DNA of 64,000 nucleotides from Thermodesulfovibrionales bacterium (GCA_963715195.1 CAVQRT010000002.1:224001-288000); one strand, 5' to 3'; shown: positions 39,161 to 50,293, counted from the first letter of the stretch. Program-made: numbers and translations. The notes: generated by a model from the sequence alone, not told the origin.

Positions 39161-40252
39161 TCAGACGATGCTCTTGACTGTTTGACATATCTTCCGGATG
39201 GTTGCCTCTTCAAGCTCCGGATACATGGGCAGTGAGAGAACCTCCCGGGCTGCCTTCTCTGTTGCGGGGAATTCTCCCTTGCGGTAGCCCAGGAATTTCA
39301 TTGCCTCCTGCAGATGGAGCGGGACAGGATAGTAAACCACTGAAGATATCCCTTTTTCTTTTAATACCTTCTGTATCCTGTCTCTCTTTCGGCTCGTTAT
39401 CGTATACTGATGATAAACGTGATATGCGCCTTCTTTTTCAATAGGGCACTGTACTACATTGTGCAAAAGGTCATGATACAGGAGAGCGTTCCGCCTTCTC
39501 TGCTTGTTATACTTTTCAATATACTTGAATTTTATGAGAAGAATCCCTGCCTGCATTTCATCCAGCCTGCTGTTATAACCGACCCTCTTATGCAGGTAAG
39601 ATCCCTCTGAGCCGTGGTTCCTCAGTTCCCGTATCAGGCCGGCTAACCGCTGGTTATTTATGGTCACCATACCGCCGTCACCATATCCGCCGAGGTTTTT
39701 GCTGGGATAAAAACTGAAGCAACCGGCATCGCCGATACTTCCGACTGTGCGGTTGTTGATCCTCGCGCCAAATGCCTGCGCACAATCCTCAATCACTTTC
39801 AGCCTGTGCTTTTTCGCTATCCTGAGGATCTCCTTCATATCACTGGGGTGGCCGAAGAGATGGACGGGCAAAATCGCCTTTGTTCTCGGCGTTATATGTG
39901 CATCTATCTGGCGAGGATCGATATTCATGGTATCGGGTTGGATGTCGACAAAAACGGGTGTGGCTCCAGTATAGAGAATCGCTTCAGCAGTAGCAAAAAA
40001 CGTAAAAGGTGTTGTGATGACTTCATCTCCCTCTCCGATCCCCAGGGCGTCAATAGCAAGATGGAGTGCATCTGTCCCTGACGCAACGCCTATCGCCTCT
40101 TTCACGCTATGAAACTCCGCAACCTTCTTTTCAAACTCCGATACTTTTGAGCTGAGCACATAATGGCTGCTCTCGAGAATCTCGGTCAGAATATCAATGA
40201 TCTCTCCTTTGATTTCCTGGAATTGTCTCTTCAAATCAACCATTGGAATCAT
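39161..40252 (-). CDS. gnnB: DegT/DnrJ PLP aminotransferase, probable GnnB
   Basis: ASGTDAL, IEDCAQA, SFYPSKNLG..GDGG; immediately upstream of lpxB. Confidence 0.75.
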   Translation of the reverse strand: MIPMVDLKRQFQEIKGEIIDILTEILESSHYVLSSKVSEFEKKVAEFHSVKEAIGVASGTDALHLAIDALGIGEGDEVITTPFTFFATAEAILYTGATPVFVDIQPDTMNIDPRQIDAHITPRTKAILPVHLFGHPSDMKEILRIAKKHRLKVIEDCAQAFGARINNRTVGSIGDAGCFSFYPSKNLGGYGDGGMVTINNQRLAGLIRELRNHGSEGSYLHKRVGYNSRLDEMQAGILLIKFKYIEKYNKQRRRNALLYHDLLHNVVQCPIEKEGAYHVYHQYTITSRKRDRIQKVLKEKGISSVVYYPVPLHLQEAMKFLGYRKGEFPATEKAAREVLSLPMYPELEEATIRKICQTVKSIV

Positions 40253-40262
40253 TCAATATCCT

Positions 40263-41175
40263 TTAAATCCTTATTTTCTCAGTGATCTGCATAACTACCT
40301 TCAGCGCATTTCTCCCTTCGGTAGCAGAGACTTTCGGTCTCTTCCGCTCTTGCACACAATGGAGAAAGTCCTTCAGCTCCTCTTTCAGCGGCTCTTTCTT
40401 CTCGGGTTTTATGATATCAGCTGCTATCCCTTCTTCATTTTTATAATACCGCTTTACCTCCGCACTCTGGTAATCGATAACGATATAGGAATCTTTCTGG
40501 GATACCTTGAGCCTTCTCTGCTTTTCAGGTGACAGACGGCTCACAGTCGCCAACGCAGTACAACCGTTTTCGAACTCAAGCCATGCCTTTGCAACATCGA
40601 GTTTATCGCTCAGCACTTTGGCGCCAACCGCCCTTATCTCCTGAACCGGCGTACCGATCAGACTCAGAATGATATCAATGTCGTGGATCATGAGATCGAG
40701 TGTGACATCAACGTCTGTTCCCCTCCCGAGAAACGGCGACAGCCTTTCTGATTCTATAAACACCGGATCTTTAAAAAAACCGGATGCGGCAAGAATCGCA
40801 GGGTTATATCGTTCAAGATGCCCGACCTGAATAATACTGCCGGAATGTTCTGCTACCTCAGATAAGGTGATCGGCCTCTTCGACCGCAACAGTAATCGGC
40901 TTCTCGATCAGGACATCCTTGCCTGATTTCAGGCAATCGAGGGCGATGGGATAATGGGTCGTTGTCGGGGTGACGATGCTCATCGCATCAACAGTATCAA
41001 GCATATCTCTGTAATCATGCGTCGCCCGGCAGTGATAGGTATGCGCTATGGTGTCTGCCTTTTCCTGGTTGATATCTGCAACAGCAATAAGCTCTGCCTC
41101 CTCTATTTCCGAATAGATTCTCGCATGGTGCTGCCCCAGATACCCGACACCAATAACACCTACCTTAAACGCCAA
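40263..41175 (-). CDS. gnnA: Gfo/Idh/MocA oxidoreductase, probable GnnA (apparent +1 frameshift at ~40860)
   Basis: GVGYLG..HAR, EKP, VGHLERYNP, DLMIHD; two ORFs join at HLI/EVAE. Confidence 0.75.
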
Positions 41176-41210
41176 AGACCCCCTCCTGTATTTTGTATGC
41201 TGACTGCGTA

Positions 41211-42223
41211 TCAGATGGCATTGCTCACCCGCTTTACTTCTTCGAGCTTTTTCAACGCCATGCCCGAATCGAGAGAGTCGGCAGCCAAGCCAAATGCCGT
41301 TCTGAAATCATCAGTCTTCTCCGCAACAACAAGCGCAAGCGCGGAGTTCATGAGAACAATATCGCGTTTCGGTCCTTTTTCACCCTTGAGAATCGAGAGC
41401 GTAATTCCGGCGTTCTCTTCTTTGCTGCCGCCGCGGATCTGTTGAACGCTGTTTCTCCATATCCCGAAATCCTCAGGTTCTATACGAAAATTTTCTATGT
41501 GCTCATCCTTGAAACGTGAGACCTTTGTCGCATCGGATATGCTGACTTCATCGAGTCCGTCATTACCGTGCACGACCATTGCATCTATGGCTCCAAGATT
41601 TCCCAGAACCTGGGCAAGGATTTCAGTGAGTCTTCCGGCAAACACTCCAAGAACCTGCCTTTTTGCACCCGCGGGGTTGGTGAGTGGACCAAGGATATTG
41701 AAGATTGTCCTTATTCCCATTTCGCGACGCGGACCGATGGCATATTTCATCGCCGGATGAAATAAGGGGGCAAAAAGGAATCCAAAGCCTGTCTCGAAGA
41801 GGCATTGTTCAACTTTTTCAGGAGGAAGATCTATTTTGACGCCAAGGGCCTCGAGGACGTCAGCACTGCCTGACCTGGCTTGAGACAGACCTGTTTCCGT
41901 GTTTTGCGACCGGGACACCTGCTCCTGCAACAACAAAAGCTGTTGTCGTAGAGATATTGAATGTGTGCGCCATATCTCCTCCGGTCCCGCATGTGTCTAG
42001 GACCTCCTCGGGTGCACTGAATAGCAGCTGCTTTCTGGCGCATAATTCTGGCTGCGCCTGTTATCTCCTCCACGGTCTCGCCCTTCATTCTCAGTGCCGC
42101 AAGGAATGCCCCGATCTGGGCATCTGTGGCCTTCCCCTCCATGATCTCCTGCATGCATGCGGCACTCTCAGGCTCTGTAAGACTGATATTGTTTATGAGC
42201 ATGTTGATTGCTTCTTTAATCAT
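41211..42223 (-). CDS. trpD: Anthranilate phosphoribosyltransferase (two apparent +1 frameshifts, ~42020 and ~41877)
   Basis: LRMKGET..EI.G, then in the next frames [44 protein letters not shown]. Confidence 0.9.
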
Positions 42224-42227
42224 GGAA

Positions 42228-42809
42228 TCACGGGATTATTACTGGCCCAATGTGTAAAAAATTCCTCAACAGGTCTTTGCCCACCGCAGTAAGGATTGAC
42301 TCCGGATGGAACTGAACACCTTCGAGCACGAACTCCTTGTGTCTCACGCCCATAATCTCATTGGTATCCGTCCATGCAGTAATTTCGAGACAATCCGGGA
42401 GAGTTTCCTTTTTTATCAGAAGCGAGTGATATCTGGTCGCCTCAAAAGGGTTGGGAAGCCCCGCAAAAATCGTTTTCCCGTCATGGAAAATCAGAGATGT
42501 CTTCCCGTGCATGAGTCTCGGAGCCCCGATAATATCCCCTCCAAAGGCTGCACCTATCGATTGATGTCCGAGACATACACCGAGGAGCGGAATTTTTCCT
42601 GCAAAATATTTGATCACGTCCACGGAAATACCTGCCTCCTTTGGAGTGCATGGCCCTGGTGAAATTACGATCCGCTGAGGTTTTAATTGTTCTATTCCCT
42701 TAATCGTAATTCTGTCATTCCTGTATACCTTAATGTCCTCGCCAAGCTCACCAAAATACTGGACGAGATTATAGGTAAAGGAATCATAATTGTCGATCAT
42801 CAACAACAT
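42228..42809 (-). CDS. trpG: Anthranilate synthase glutamine amidotransferase component II
   Basis: [33 protein letters not shown]. Confidence 0.93.
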   Translation of the reverse strand: MLLMIDNYDSFTYNLVQYFGELGEDIKVYRNDRITIKGIEQLKPQRIVISPGPCTPKEAGISVDVIKYFAGKIPLLGVCLGHQSIGAAFGGDIIGAPRLMHGKTSLIFHDGKTIFAGLPNPFEATRYHSLLIKKETLPDCLEITAWTDTNEIMGVRHKEFVLEGVQFHPESILTAVGKDLLRNFLHIGPVIIP

Positions 42810-42986
42810 AACGCTAAATCCCTAAAATGCATTTAAAAAGTGCGGATGTTGCGAAAAAAATATTTTTCGATACCGCAACCTTGAACTGATTGGTTTATGA
42901 ATATTTTTATCCATAGGGCGATGATAGATATTTCAATCAAATCATAGAGTTAAATAATTTTTTGAACAATGTCTGCACTTTTCGGG

Positions 42987-44512
42987 TTACCTTAGTTCTC
43001 TTTCAGCCATGTCAACCGCTTTCATCATGCCCATGGCCTTATTAACGGTTTCTGTATATTCCTTTTCAGGCACCGAATCTGCAACGATACCGGCTCCTGC
43101 CTGAACATACACTTTCTTGCCTTTTATAATCAGTGTCCTGATCGTGATACAGGTATCCATATTGCCTGAATAACTGAGATATCCGACCGCGCCTGCATAA
43201 GGTCCCCGACGGATCGGTTCAAGTTCCTCGATGATTTCCATTGCCCGCACCTTTGGAGCCCCGGTAACGGTTCCCGCAGGGAAACATGCTCCAAGGACAT
43301 CAAAGGCATCCAATCCTTTTTTCAGGGTGCCTTCAATATTGGATACGAGGTGCATAACATGACTGTACCTTTCGACTGCCATCAACTCGGTAACTTTTAC
43401 CGAACCGGTCTCCGCAACCCTTCCCACATCATTCCTCCCGAGATCAACAAGCATGATATGTTCTGCCCGCTCTTTCGGGTCCTTCTGTAGTTCCGCTTCG
43501 AGTGCCCGGTCTTCATCTTCTGTTTCGCCCCGCTTCCGTGTCCCGGCGATAGGCCTTAAGAGAATCTTTTCTCCCTCAAGTCTCACCAGTATCTCGGGAG
43601 ATGAACCGACAAGCTGAGCGTCACCCATATCAAGGTAATACATATAGGGAGAAGGATTGATGACCCGTAACGCCCTGTAGATATTGAACGGATCGATATC
43701 GGACTCTCTCTCGAACCTCTGTGACAGAACAGCCTGAATGATATCTCCTGACACGATATATTCCTTGCACCGCAATACTGCTTCCTCAAACTCATCTTTT
43801 CGGATAAATGAGGATGCATAACCCGAAAATGAAGGATGTTCTATTGAATGCCCGATCGTTGCAAACGACAAATCGCAGCCTATGCTTCCCCTCTTCCTTC
43901 TCCTTGCAGGTCTTGCCTTTTTCAGGGTTGCAATAATCGCCTCTATCTTCTCTTCAGCATCACGATACGCTTCTGTAGGAGTATTATTGTCAAGATATGC
44001 GTTTGAGACAACTTTGATCTTTCCCTTGAGATTATCGAAGATCATAACGGTGTCTGTGCTCATAAGGAACATGTCCGGCAGTCTGAGCCCGGGCTTCTTT
44101 TTCCCGGAATATTCTCAAAAAATCTTACCATGTCATAGCCGATATAGCCGACGAGTCCTCCGTAAAATCTCGGCAGCCCGGACACATCAACGGCATTATA
44201 TGCCTGGATTTCTCTCTTGACGGTCTGGAACGGATTTTCGGTCTTCAGTTTTTGAATGCCGGTTTTTGCATCCTGAATCACTATTTTACTATCCCACCCT
44301 TTGATGATTCGTGAAGGCCGTGAGCCGAGAAATGAGTATCTGGCCCATTTTTCCCCTCCAACCATACTCTCGAGCAAAAATGAAGGCGACCCTCCTAGTT
44401 TCAGGGCTGCTGATACGGGTGTTTCGGTATCAGCAAGAATTTCCCGGTAAACCGGGATGAGATTCCCCTTTGACGAGAGCTCTTTGAAACTTTCTAAATC
44501 AGGATAGAGCAT
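42987..44512 (-). CDS. trpE: Anthranilate synthase component I (apparent 1-nt deletion in A-run at ~44100)
   Basis: LADTETP, FLLES..GGE..ARYS, NPSPYM, SSPE, PIAGTR.RG, GAPKVRAM. Confidence 0.92.
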
Positions 44513-44651
44513 ATTGACAAAATGTGACCTTCCTTTGTACTATTTTTAATAGTAACGTTCATTATAGCCTATTATTTATCGATAAGTTAAGGGTTAACCG
44601 TTCATGGTTGTTGGTGAAATTTCAACCTTTAACTATTCTATGTGGTAGTAT

Positions 44652-44727
44652 GCGGGAATAGCTCAGTTGGTAGAGCACAACCTTGCCAAGGTTGGGGTCG
44701 CGGGTTCGAACCCCGTTTCCCGCTCCA
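44652..44727 (+). tRNA. tRNA-Gly(GCC)
   Basis: GCGGGAATAGCTCAGTTGGTAGAGC...TTGCCAA...GGTTCGAACCC...CCCGCTCCA cloverleaf with encoded CCA. Confidence 0.97.
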
Positions 44728-44740
44728 AATCCTAATAAAC

Positions 44741-44826
44741 CAGTAGGTAGTAGACAGCAGGTAGTAGATAGGAATAGGATATAACGGTATTTTCCCTGCC
44801 TGTTATCAACCGTCTGCTTCCTACTT
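44741..44826. repeat. Heptamer repeat element with inverted arms between the two tRNAs
   Basis: CAGTAGG TAGTAGA CAGCAGG TAGTAGA ... TCTGCTT CCTACT. Confidence 0.7.
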
Positions 44827-44835
44827 TTTTACGCG

Positions 44836-44911
44836 GGCGGCGTACCCAAGTGGCTAAGGGAGAGGTCTGCAAAACCTTTATGCAGCGGTTCAAATCCGCT
44901 CGCCGCCTCCA
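44836..44911 (+). tRNA. tRNA-Cys(GCA)
   Basis: GGCGGCG acceptor stem, CTGCAAA anticodon loop, GGTTCAAATCC, CCA end. Confidence 0.96.
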
Positions 44912-44962
44912 GCAAGAAAAACTGCCTCAGTTTTGATTTATCTTACATGCAGAAATAGACAA

Positions 44963-45098
44963 CAGATATTGTATTTGAGCGGTTTTTATTGCCGATAGTC
45001 ATATAAACTAATGAAAAATTGAGAGGCAAAAGACTTGGAGTCCCTATCCCGAATATTTTCGGGATAGGGACCGAGAATGAGCGAAAATACCGTATCCG
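44963..45098. repeat. Structured ~135-nt dispersed element, copy B
   Basis: Outer stem GATATTGTATTT/AAATACCGTATC, 14-bp hairpin GTCCCTATCCCGAA/TTCGGGATAGGGAC; blocks shared with copy A. Confidence 0.8.
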
Positions 45099-45117
45099 CC
45101 GGCGGAAAAAACTTACC

Positions 45118-45528
45118 TTACAACTCCTTGAAGACTTTTGCGAGACTCTCCCCTCCCACATGAATCTTAAATTCATTGAAGTATCCGAAGGGCGTACACA
45201 TAACGGCATATCCTGCATTTTCAAGTTTCGCCGTAGCAGAATATATCATCTCTTCCGAAAATTCAGGAGAGGCCTTGCTCGACGAAAGATGATTGAATGA
45301 GTGGATAACGACATTTTTTGTTTCGAACTTCCCCGCAAGCCATTTTATATTTTTGACCAGCTTATCAAGCAGGCTTTTGCCTTTTTCCTCATCTTCTCTC
45401 TCTGCATGAAAAAAGACGACAACCGTATTGTCCAGTGAACTTTCCCTGTCAACATCATCCACGTGGGGAAGGCTTTTTGAGGCAGTTTTGAACCACCAAT
45501 GATGTGCGTAAAAAAGCAGCAATTTCAT
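45118..45528 (-). CDS. Stand-alone threonyl-tRNA synthetase editing-domain (archaeal-type) protein
   Basis: MKLLLF, F.HAE..D, VVIHSFNHLS.SKA.P, TPFGYF...I.V.G. Confidence 0.8.
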   Translation of the reverse strand: MKLLLFYAHHWWFKTASKSLPHVDDVDRESSLDNTVVVFFHAEREDEEKGKSLLDKLVKNIKWLAGKFETKNVVIHSFNHLSSSKASPEFSEEMIYSATAKLENAGYAVMCTPFGYFNEFKIHVGGESLAKVFKEL

Positions 45529-46373
45529 AGGATCTTCTCCCTTGTAATCGCATCGGCGACTTTTGCTACCCTTGCCATCTCCTTCACATCATGCACACGG
45601 ATAATATTTGCACCGTTCATAATGGATATCGCCACTGTTGCCGCAGTTCCTTCCAGTCTCTCTCCGGAGGGCAGATCTCCAAGGATCTTGCCTATGAAAG
45701 CCTTTCTTGATGCACCTATCAGAACCGGTTTTTCAAGAAGGGTAAATTCACGGAGGTTGTGAATAATATTGAGATTCTGTTCAAATGTTTTGCCAAAGCC
45801 GATCCCTGGGTCTATGATGATCATTTTCTCTGCTGCCCCTGCCTCTGAGGCGATCCGTATGCTATCTCTCAGATAATCCAGTATCTCGGGTATAAGAGCC
45901 TCATACAAAGGATTTTTCTGCATGTCCTTTGGTTTGCCTTTGAGGTGCATGATAACCACGGGGACTTTATATGCTGAAACAACCCTTTTCATCTCAGGGT
46001 CGTGTCTCAGCCCGCTGATATCATTGACCATGGATGCCCCTGCATCGAGTGCCCTTTTCGCGACTTCGGCCTTGTACGTATCAATGGATATCGGAATAGC
46101 AAGCTCTCTTGCTATTGTCTCGATGACAGGGATAGTACGCCTCAGCTCTTCTTCAACAGGGACAGGTTCTGAACCTGGCCTCGTCGATTCTCCGCCGATA
46201 TCAATGATATCAGCCCCGTCTTCAGCCATGCGGAGGGCCTGTTTTATTGCAGCAGATTCATTGGAAAAGAGCCCGCCGTCAGAAAAGGAATCCGGGGTAA
46301 CATTGAGGATTCCCATGATATAGGTTTTTTTTGAAAAGTCGAAGGAAAAGTCTCTCCATACCAGTTTCATCAT
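45525..46373 (-). CDS. folP: Dihydropteroate synthase
   Basis: MGILNVTPDSFSDGG, GGESTRPG, DPGIGFGK, SRK, RVHDV. Confidence 0.97.
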   Translation of the reverse strand: MMKLVWRDFSFDFSKKTYIMGILNVTPDSFSDGGLFSNESAAIKQALRMAEDGADIIDIGGESTRPGSEPVPVEEELRRTIPVIETIARELAIPISIDTYKAEVAKRALDAGASMVNDISGLRHDPEMKRVVSAYKVPVVIMHLKGKPKDMQKNPLYEALIPEILDYLRDSIRIASEAGAAEKMIIIDPGIGFGKTFEQNLNIIHNLREFTLLEKPVLIGASRKAFIGKILGDLPSGERLEGTAATVAISIMNGANIIRVHDVKEMARVAKVADAITREKIL

Positions 46374-46552
46374 TTATTGTATAACAATTTATCCAGCGGA
46401 CTTGTGACATCCATACTATTCTTGCGGCAACATGGGTGTAGATCATTGTCGTCTGAAGATTTGAGCGCCCCCTGAAGTTTTTGGAATGTTCTGATGTCGC
46501 ACCCATTCTCCCATAGATGAATTGCAAAAATATGCCTTAATGCATAAACAGA
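46370..46552 (-). pseudogene. intI: Decayed C-terminal fragment of an integron-type tyrosine recombinase
   Basis: Across two frameshifts reads SVYALRHIFAIHLWENGCDIRTFQKLQG / RSNLQTTMIYTHVA / KNSMDVTSPLD, matching the IntI tail HTLRHSFATHLL.xGYDIRT.QELLGH...TTMIYTHV...SPLD. Confidence 0.75.
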
Positions 46553-46764
46553 CTCCTCCTGTACCGGGCGCGGACTGCGCCCAATCCGTTGTCAATATTT
46601 TTCATCGAGACATGGCGGGAATGGTATAGAATAGCATTTAGCGCCCGATTCTGGGTATAATCAAAAAATATTAATACGGGCGGAGCAATGGCTTTGAGCA
46701 GGACACTCATTACCCTATCCTTGATTCACACTTCTCAAGCCGACGTTAGGCAAAAATCATATCA

Positions 46765-47520
46765 ATGCCCATGAGCGGAATTCTATCGAAATCAAAAAGC
46801 TTCATTCGAAACTTTCGGCGGCGCTCGAAGCAGGACATGCAGTCAATTCCTAATGAAGCTGTTAATTTCAACAAACAGGTTATTTTTATCGCAGTGCCCA
46901 AAACTGGGACGACGACTGTGCGGAGTCAACTTCGGGAAAAAGGCACCCCATTGATCCCAAATCCTCATTTAAACATCATGCAAGTGCGAGATACACTTTA
47001 TGTCTACTTTCTTAAATGTGTCTTGGGGCGAAATACCAATTTCCCCACTGAATCGGTTCCTGAAGACTCGGGAATTCGCGCACGTGTTCAGGAGGTATTC
47101 GATACGTTCTTCAAGTTCTCCGCTGTTCGGAATCCTTGGGCTCGTGCAGTTTCATTATTCTTCAGACGTGAGGGACTCCAGATAAAGAACAGAATGTCTT
47201 TCGAAGATTTCTGCCACAATCACCTTTATGCCAGTGACACTTGTCGTCAGCCAACGTTACACAAAAATCAGATAGATTGGCTTTGCGACGAAAGCGGGCG
47301 TTGTATCATGGACTATGTGTATAAAGTAGAAAATTTTGAGTTAGCAATAAAAGAGATTGAAGAGCGAACTGAGGGTCGCCTTCGACTTGTCAACAGAGCT
47401 AAAAACATAAATCCGAACTCTCCGTCAAAAAAATACAGAGAACTTTACTCGGATAGAACGCGAAAGATCATTGCAAAAAGATTTCAAAAAGACATCGATT
47501 ACTTCAAATATACTTTCTAA
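46765..47520 (+). CDS. Sulfotransferase family 2 protein (cassette-like)
   Basis: FIAVPKTGTTT PAPS-binding loop, VRNPWARAVS, C-terminal Y..LY...F.KD..YF.Y.F. Confidence 0.85.
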   Translation: MPMSGILSKSKSFIRNFRRRSKQDMQSIPNEAVNFNKQVIFIAVPKTGTTTVRSQLREKGTPLIPNPHLNIMQVRDTLYVYFLKCVLGRNTNFPTESVPEDSGIRARVQEVFDTFFKFSAVRNPWARAVSLFFRREGLQIKNRMSFEDFCHNHLYASDTCRQPTLHKNQIDWLCDESGRCIMDYVYKVENFELAIKEIEERTEGRLRLVNRAKNINPNSPSKKYRELYSDRTRKIIAKRFQKDIDYFKYTF

Positions 47521-47612
47521 GGAACCCCTACATTAAAGATAGCCATAGACGTTTATGGGGATTGTGAGCAAACAATGAAATATAAGGTTATCGTTAGGTC
47601 CCCAATATGACG

Positions 47613-49430
47613 TCAAACCTGGACTGCCCCTTTTGACTGAGCTTCCTGGACAAGTGCATCTATTTCAGGGCCATCCATAGTCTCCTTCTCAAGGAGCGCT
47701 CTTGCAAAAGTCTCAAGTATATCCCTGTTTTCTATTAACAGATTTTTTGACGTATCATACGCTTCGATAACGATCCTCTTCACCTCATCATCTATGTCAA
47801 TAGCTGTTTTTTCACTGTAATCCTTATGCCTGGCTATTTCCCTCCCGAGAAAAATCTGCTCATCCTTTTTGCCAAAGGTGAGTGGTCCGAGCTTTTCGGA
47901 CATGCCCCATTCGGTAACCATCTTTCTGGCAAGGTCCGTCGCTCGCTCAAGGTCATTCCCGGCACCCGTAGTCATATGGTTTAAGGCGATCTCTTCAGCC
48001 GCCCTTCCCCCAAGCAGAACCGAAAGGGCCTTCAGAAGATAGTCTTTGGAGTAGGTGTACTTATCGTCTAACGGAAGCTGCTGTGTTACTCCCAATGCCC
48101 TTCCTCTCGGAATAATGCTCACCTTGTGGAGCGGGTCAGTGCCGGGAGTCAGCTTTGCAACAAGTGCATGACCTGCCTCATGATACGCTGTATTCTTTTT
48201 CTCTTCTTCACTAATGATCATGCTCTTTCTCTCAACACCCATCAGCACCTTGTCCTTTGCTGCTTCAAAATCGGATTTTTCGACTTTTGTCTTTGCCTTT
48301 CTCGCAGCGAGCAGGGCAGCTTCATTGACGAGATTCTCAAGATCGGCACCGGAAAAACCGGGGGTCCCCCTGGCGATCTCCTCGAGGTTCACCCTTTCGT
48401 CAACCGGGATATTTCTCGTATGCACTTTGAGTATCTCCAGTCTCCCTTTCACATCCGGCTGAGGGACAATGACCTGCCGGTCAAATCTCCCGGGTCTCAG
48501 GAGGGCAGGGTCAAGGACATCGGGCCTGTTTGTGGCGGCAATGATGATAACCCCCTGATTTGCCTCAAACCCGTCCATCTCGACAAGAAGCTGATTCAGG
48601 GTCTGTTCACGCTCATCATGACCTCCGCCAAGCCCGGCGCCCCTGTGTCGCCCAACAGCATCTATTTCGTCGATAAAGATGATGCAGGGTGCATTTTTCT
48701 TTGCCTGGTCAAAAAGGTCTCTCACCCGTGATGCCCCGACCCCGACAAACATCTCCACGAAATCCGAGCCTGATATCGAAAAAAACGGGACACCGGCTTC
48801 ACCGGCAATAGCCCGTGCGAGAAGGGTTTTCCCTGTGCCGGGTGCCCCGACCAGCAGGACGCCCTTGGGTATCTTGCCGCCGAGTTTCTGGAATTTCTGG
48901 GGATCCTTCAGAAAATCGATAATCTCCTGCACTTCCCCCTTCGCCTCTTCTATGCCCGCAACATCGGCAAATGTTATCTTTACGGACTTTTCCGAAATCA
49001 TCTTCGCCTTCGCCTTCCCGAAGGAGAGCGCCTTGTTGCCGCCTGTCTGCATCTGCCTCATGAAGAATATCCAGATGACAACAAGAAATATAATCGGACC
49101 CCATGAAAAGAAGAGATTCCAGTACCAGGGGTTCTGCTCTTCGGGTTGAACGGTTATTTTCACATTCTGACCCCGCAAGGTCTGAACCATGTCCGGATAT
49201 TCTGCAGCGTAGGTTTTGAATTTTTTCCCGTCTTTGAGCTGACCGGTTATGACGTCGCCCTTCATGACAACCTCTTCAACTTCACCGGCATCGAGCTTCC
49301 CCATAAATTCAGAGAATATCATCTCCTGTTCGCCTTTTTTCGGCGTACTGAGGATATTGAAAAGGAGAATCATCATAACCCCGATCAGGAGCCAGACTAA
49401 TAAGCCTCTGTAAGCATTCAATCGGTTCAT
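47613..49430 (-). CDS. ftsH: ATP-dependent zinc metalloprotease FtsH
   Basis: Two TMs, [18 protein letters not shown] motif, HEAGH. Confidence 0.98.
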   Translation of the reverse strand: MNRLNAYRGLLVWLLIGVMMILLFNILSTPKKGEQEMIFSEFMGKLDAGEVEEVVMKGDVITGQLKDGKKFKTYAAEYPDMVQTLRGQNVKITVQPEEQNPWYWNLFFSWGPIIFLVVIWIFFMRQMQTGGNKALSFGKAKAKMISEKSVKITFADVAGIEEAKGEVQEIIDFLKDPQKFQKLGGKIPKGVLLVGAPGTGKTLLARAIAGEAGVPFFSISGSDFVEMFVGVGASRVRDLFDQAKKNAPCIIFIDEIDAVGRHRGAGLGGGHDEREQTLNQLLVEMDGFEANQGVIIIAATNRPDVLDPALLRPGRFDRQVIVPQPDVKGRLEILKVHTRNIPVDERVNLEEIARGTPGFSGADLENLVNEAALLAARKAKTKVEKSDFEAAKDKVLMGVERKSMIISEEEKKNTAYHEAGHALVAKLTPGTDPLHKVSIIPRGRALGVTQQLPLDDKYTYSKDYLLKALSVLLGGRAAEEIALNHMTTGAGNDLERATDLARKMVTEWGMSEKLGPLTFGKKDEQIFLGREIARHKDYSEKTAIDIDDEVKRIVIEAYDTSKNLLIENRDILETFARALLEKETMDGPEIDALVQEAQSKGAVQV

Positions 49431-49549
49431 AGCGAATGTAATTCTTTACGTTCCATAAAAGTTCATTGGCAAAATCAACCCCCTTACCCTATCTCATAAC
49501 TTCGGGATAAAAAGGCATGCTTAATATTTTAGCATATTGGGAACCTTTT

Positions 49550-50281
49550 TCAGAAACTGATCATCTCTTCTTCAATATGGAGTTTCTGGATCTTTATCAG
49601 GTTGTTGATACCCTTTTCAGCGAGGTCAATAAGCATGTTGAGCGTGTCTTTCGAAAAAGGAACCCCTTCTGCAGTACCCTGTATTTCAACAAATCGGCCA
49701 TCACCTGTCATGACGACGTTCATGTCAACCTCCGCAATTGAGTCTTCCGAATAACAGAGATCAACCATGGGATTGCCGCGCACAACACCGACGCTGACAG
49801 CCGCAAGATAGTCTCTCAACGGTGATTTTTGGATGAGACCGTTCCTTACGGCATACTTCAGTGCATCCGCCAAGCATATGAAAGCACCGGTGATGGATGC
49901 TGTCCTCGTACCTCCGTCCGCCTGCATAACATCGCAGTCCACCCAGATCGTTCTCTCCCCTATTCCGGAGAGATCAACCACTGAGCGGAGAGCCCTTCCG
50001 ATAAGCCGCTGTATTTCATGAGTCCGGCCGCTGATCTTGCCGGTTGTGGATTCCCTGAGAGTTCTCGTGTGTGTGGCCCTCGGAAGCATGGAATATTCAG
50101 CGGTTACCCAACCTCTCTTCTGATCCTTTAAAAAGTGGGGGACCTTTTCTTCAATGGTAGCTGTACATATTACCCGTGTATTGCCGATAGAAATCAGCAC
50201 TGACCCCTCCGCATTTTCTATAAAATCACGCTGAATCTTGACGCTCCGGATCTCGTTTTCCTTCCTGCCATCAGGTCTCAT
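49550..50281 (-). CDS. rph: Ribonuclease PH
   Basis: [43 protein letters not shown]. Confidence 0.97.
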   Translation of the reverse strand: MRPDGRKENEIRSVKIQRDFIENAEGSVLISIGNTRVICTATIEEKVPHFLKDQKRGWVTAEYSMLPRATHTRTLRESTTGKISGRTHEIQRLIGRALRSVVDLSGIGERTIWVDCDVMQADGGTRTASITGAFICLADALKYAVRNGLIQKSPLRDYLAAVSVGVVRGNPMVDLCYSEDSIAEVDMNVVMTGDGRFVEIQGTAEGVPFSKDTLNMLIDLAEKGINNLIKIQKLHIEEEMISF

Positions 50282-50293
50282 TCACCCTCCATT

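Noticed and set aside
42848..42879. Imperfect hairpin between trpE and trpG as an attenuator
   Set aside because: No Trp-rich leader peptide or T-box features; structure weak.
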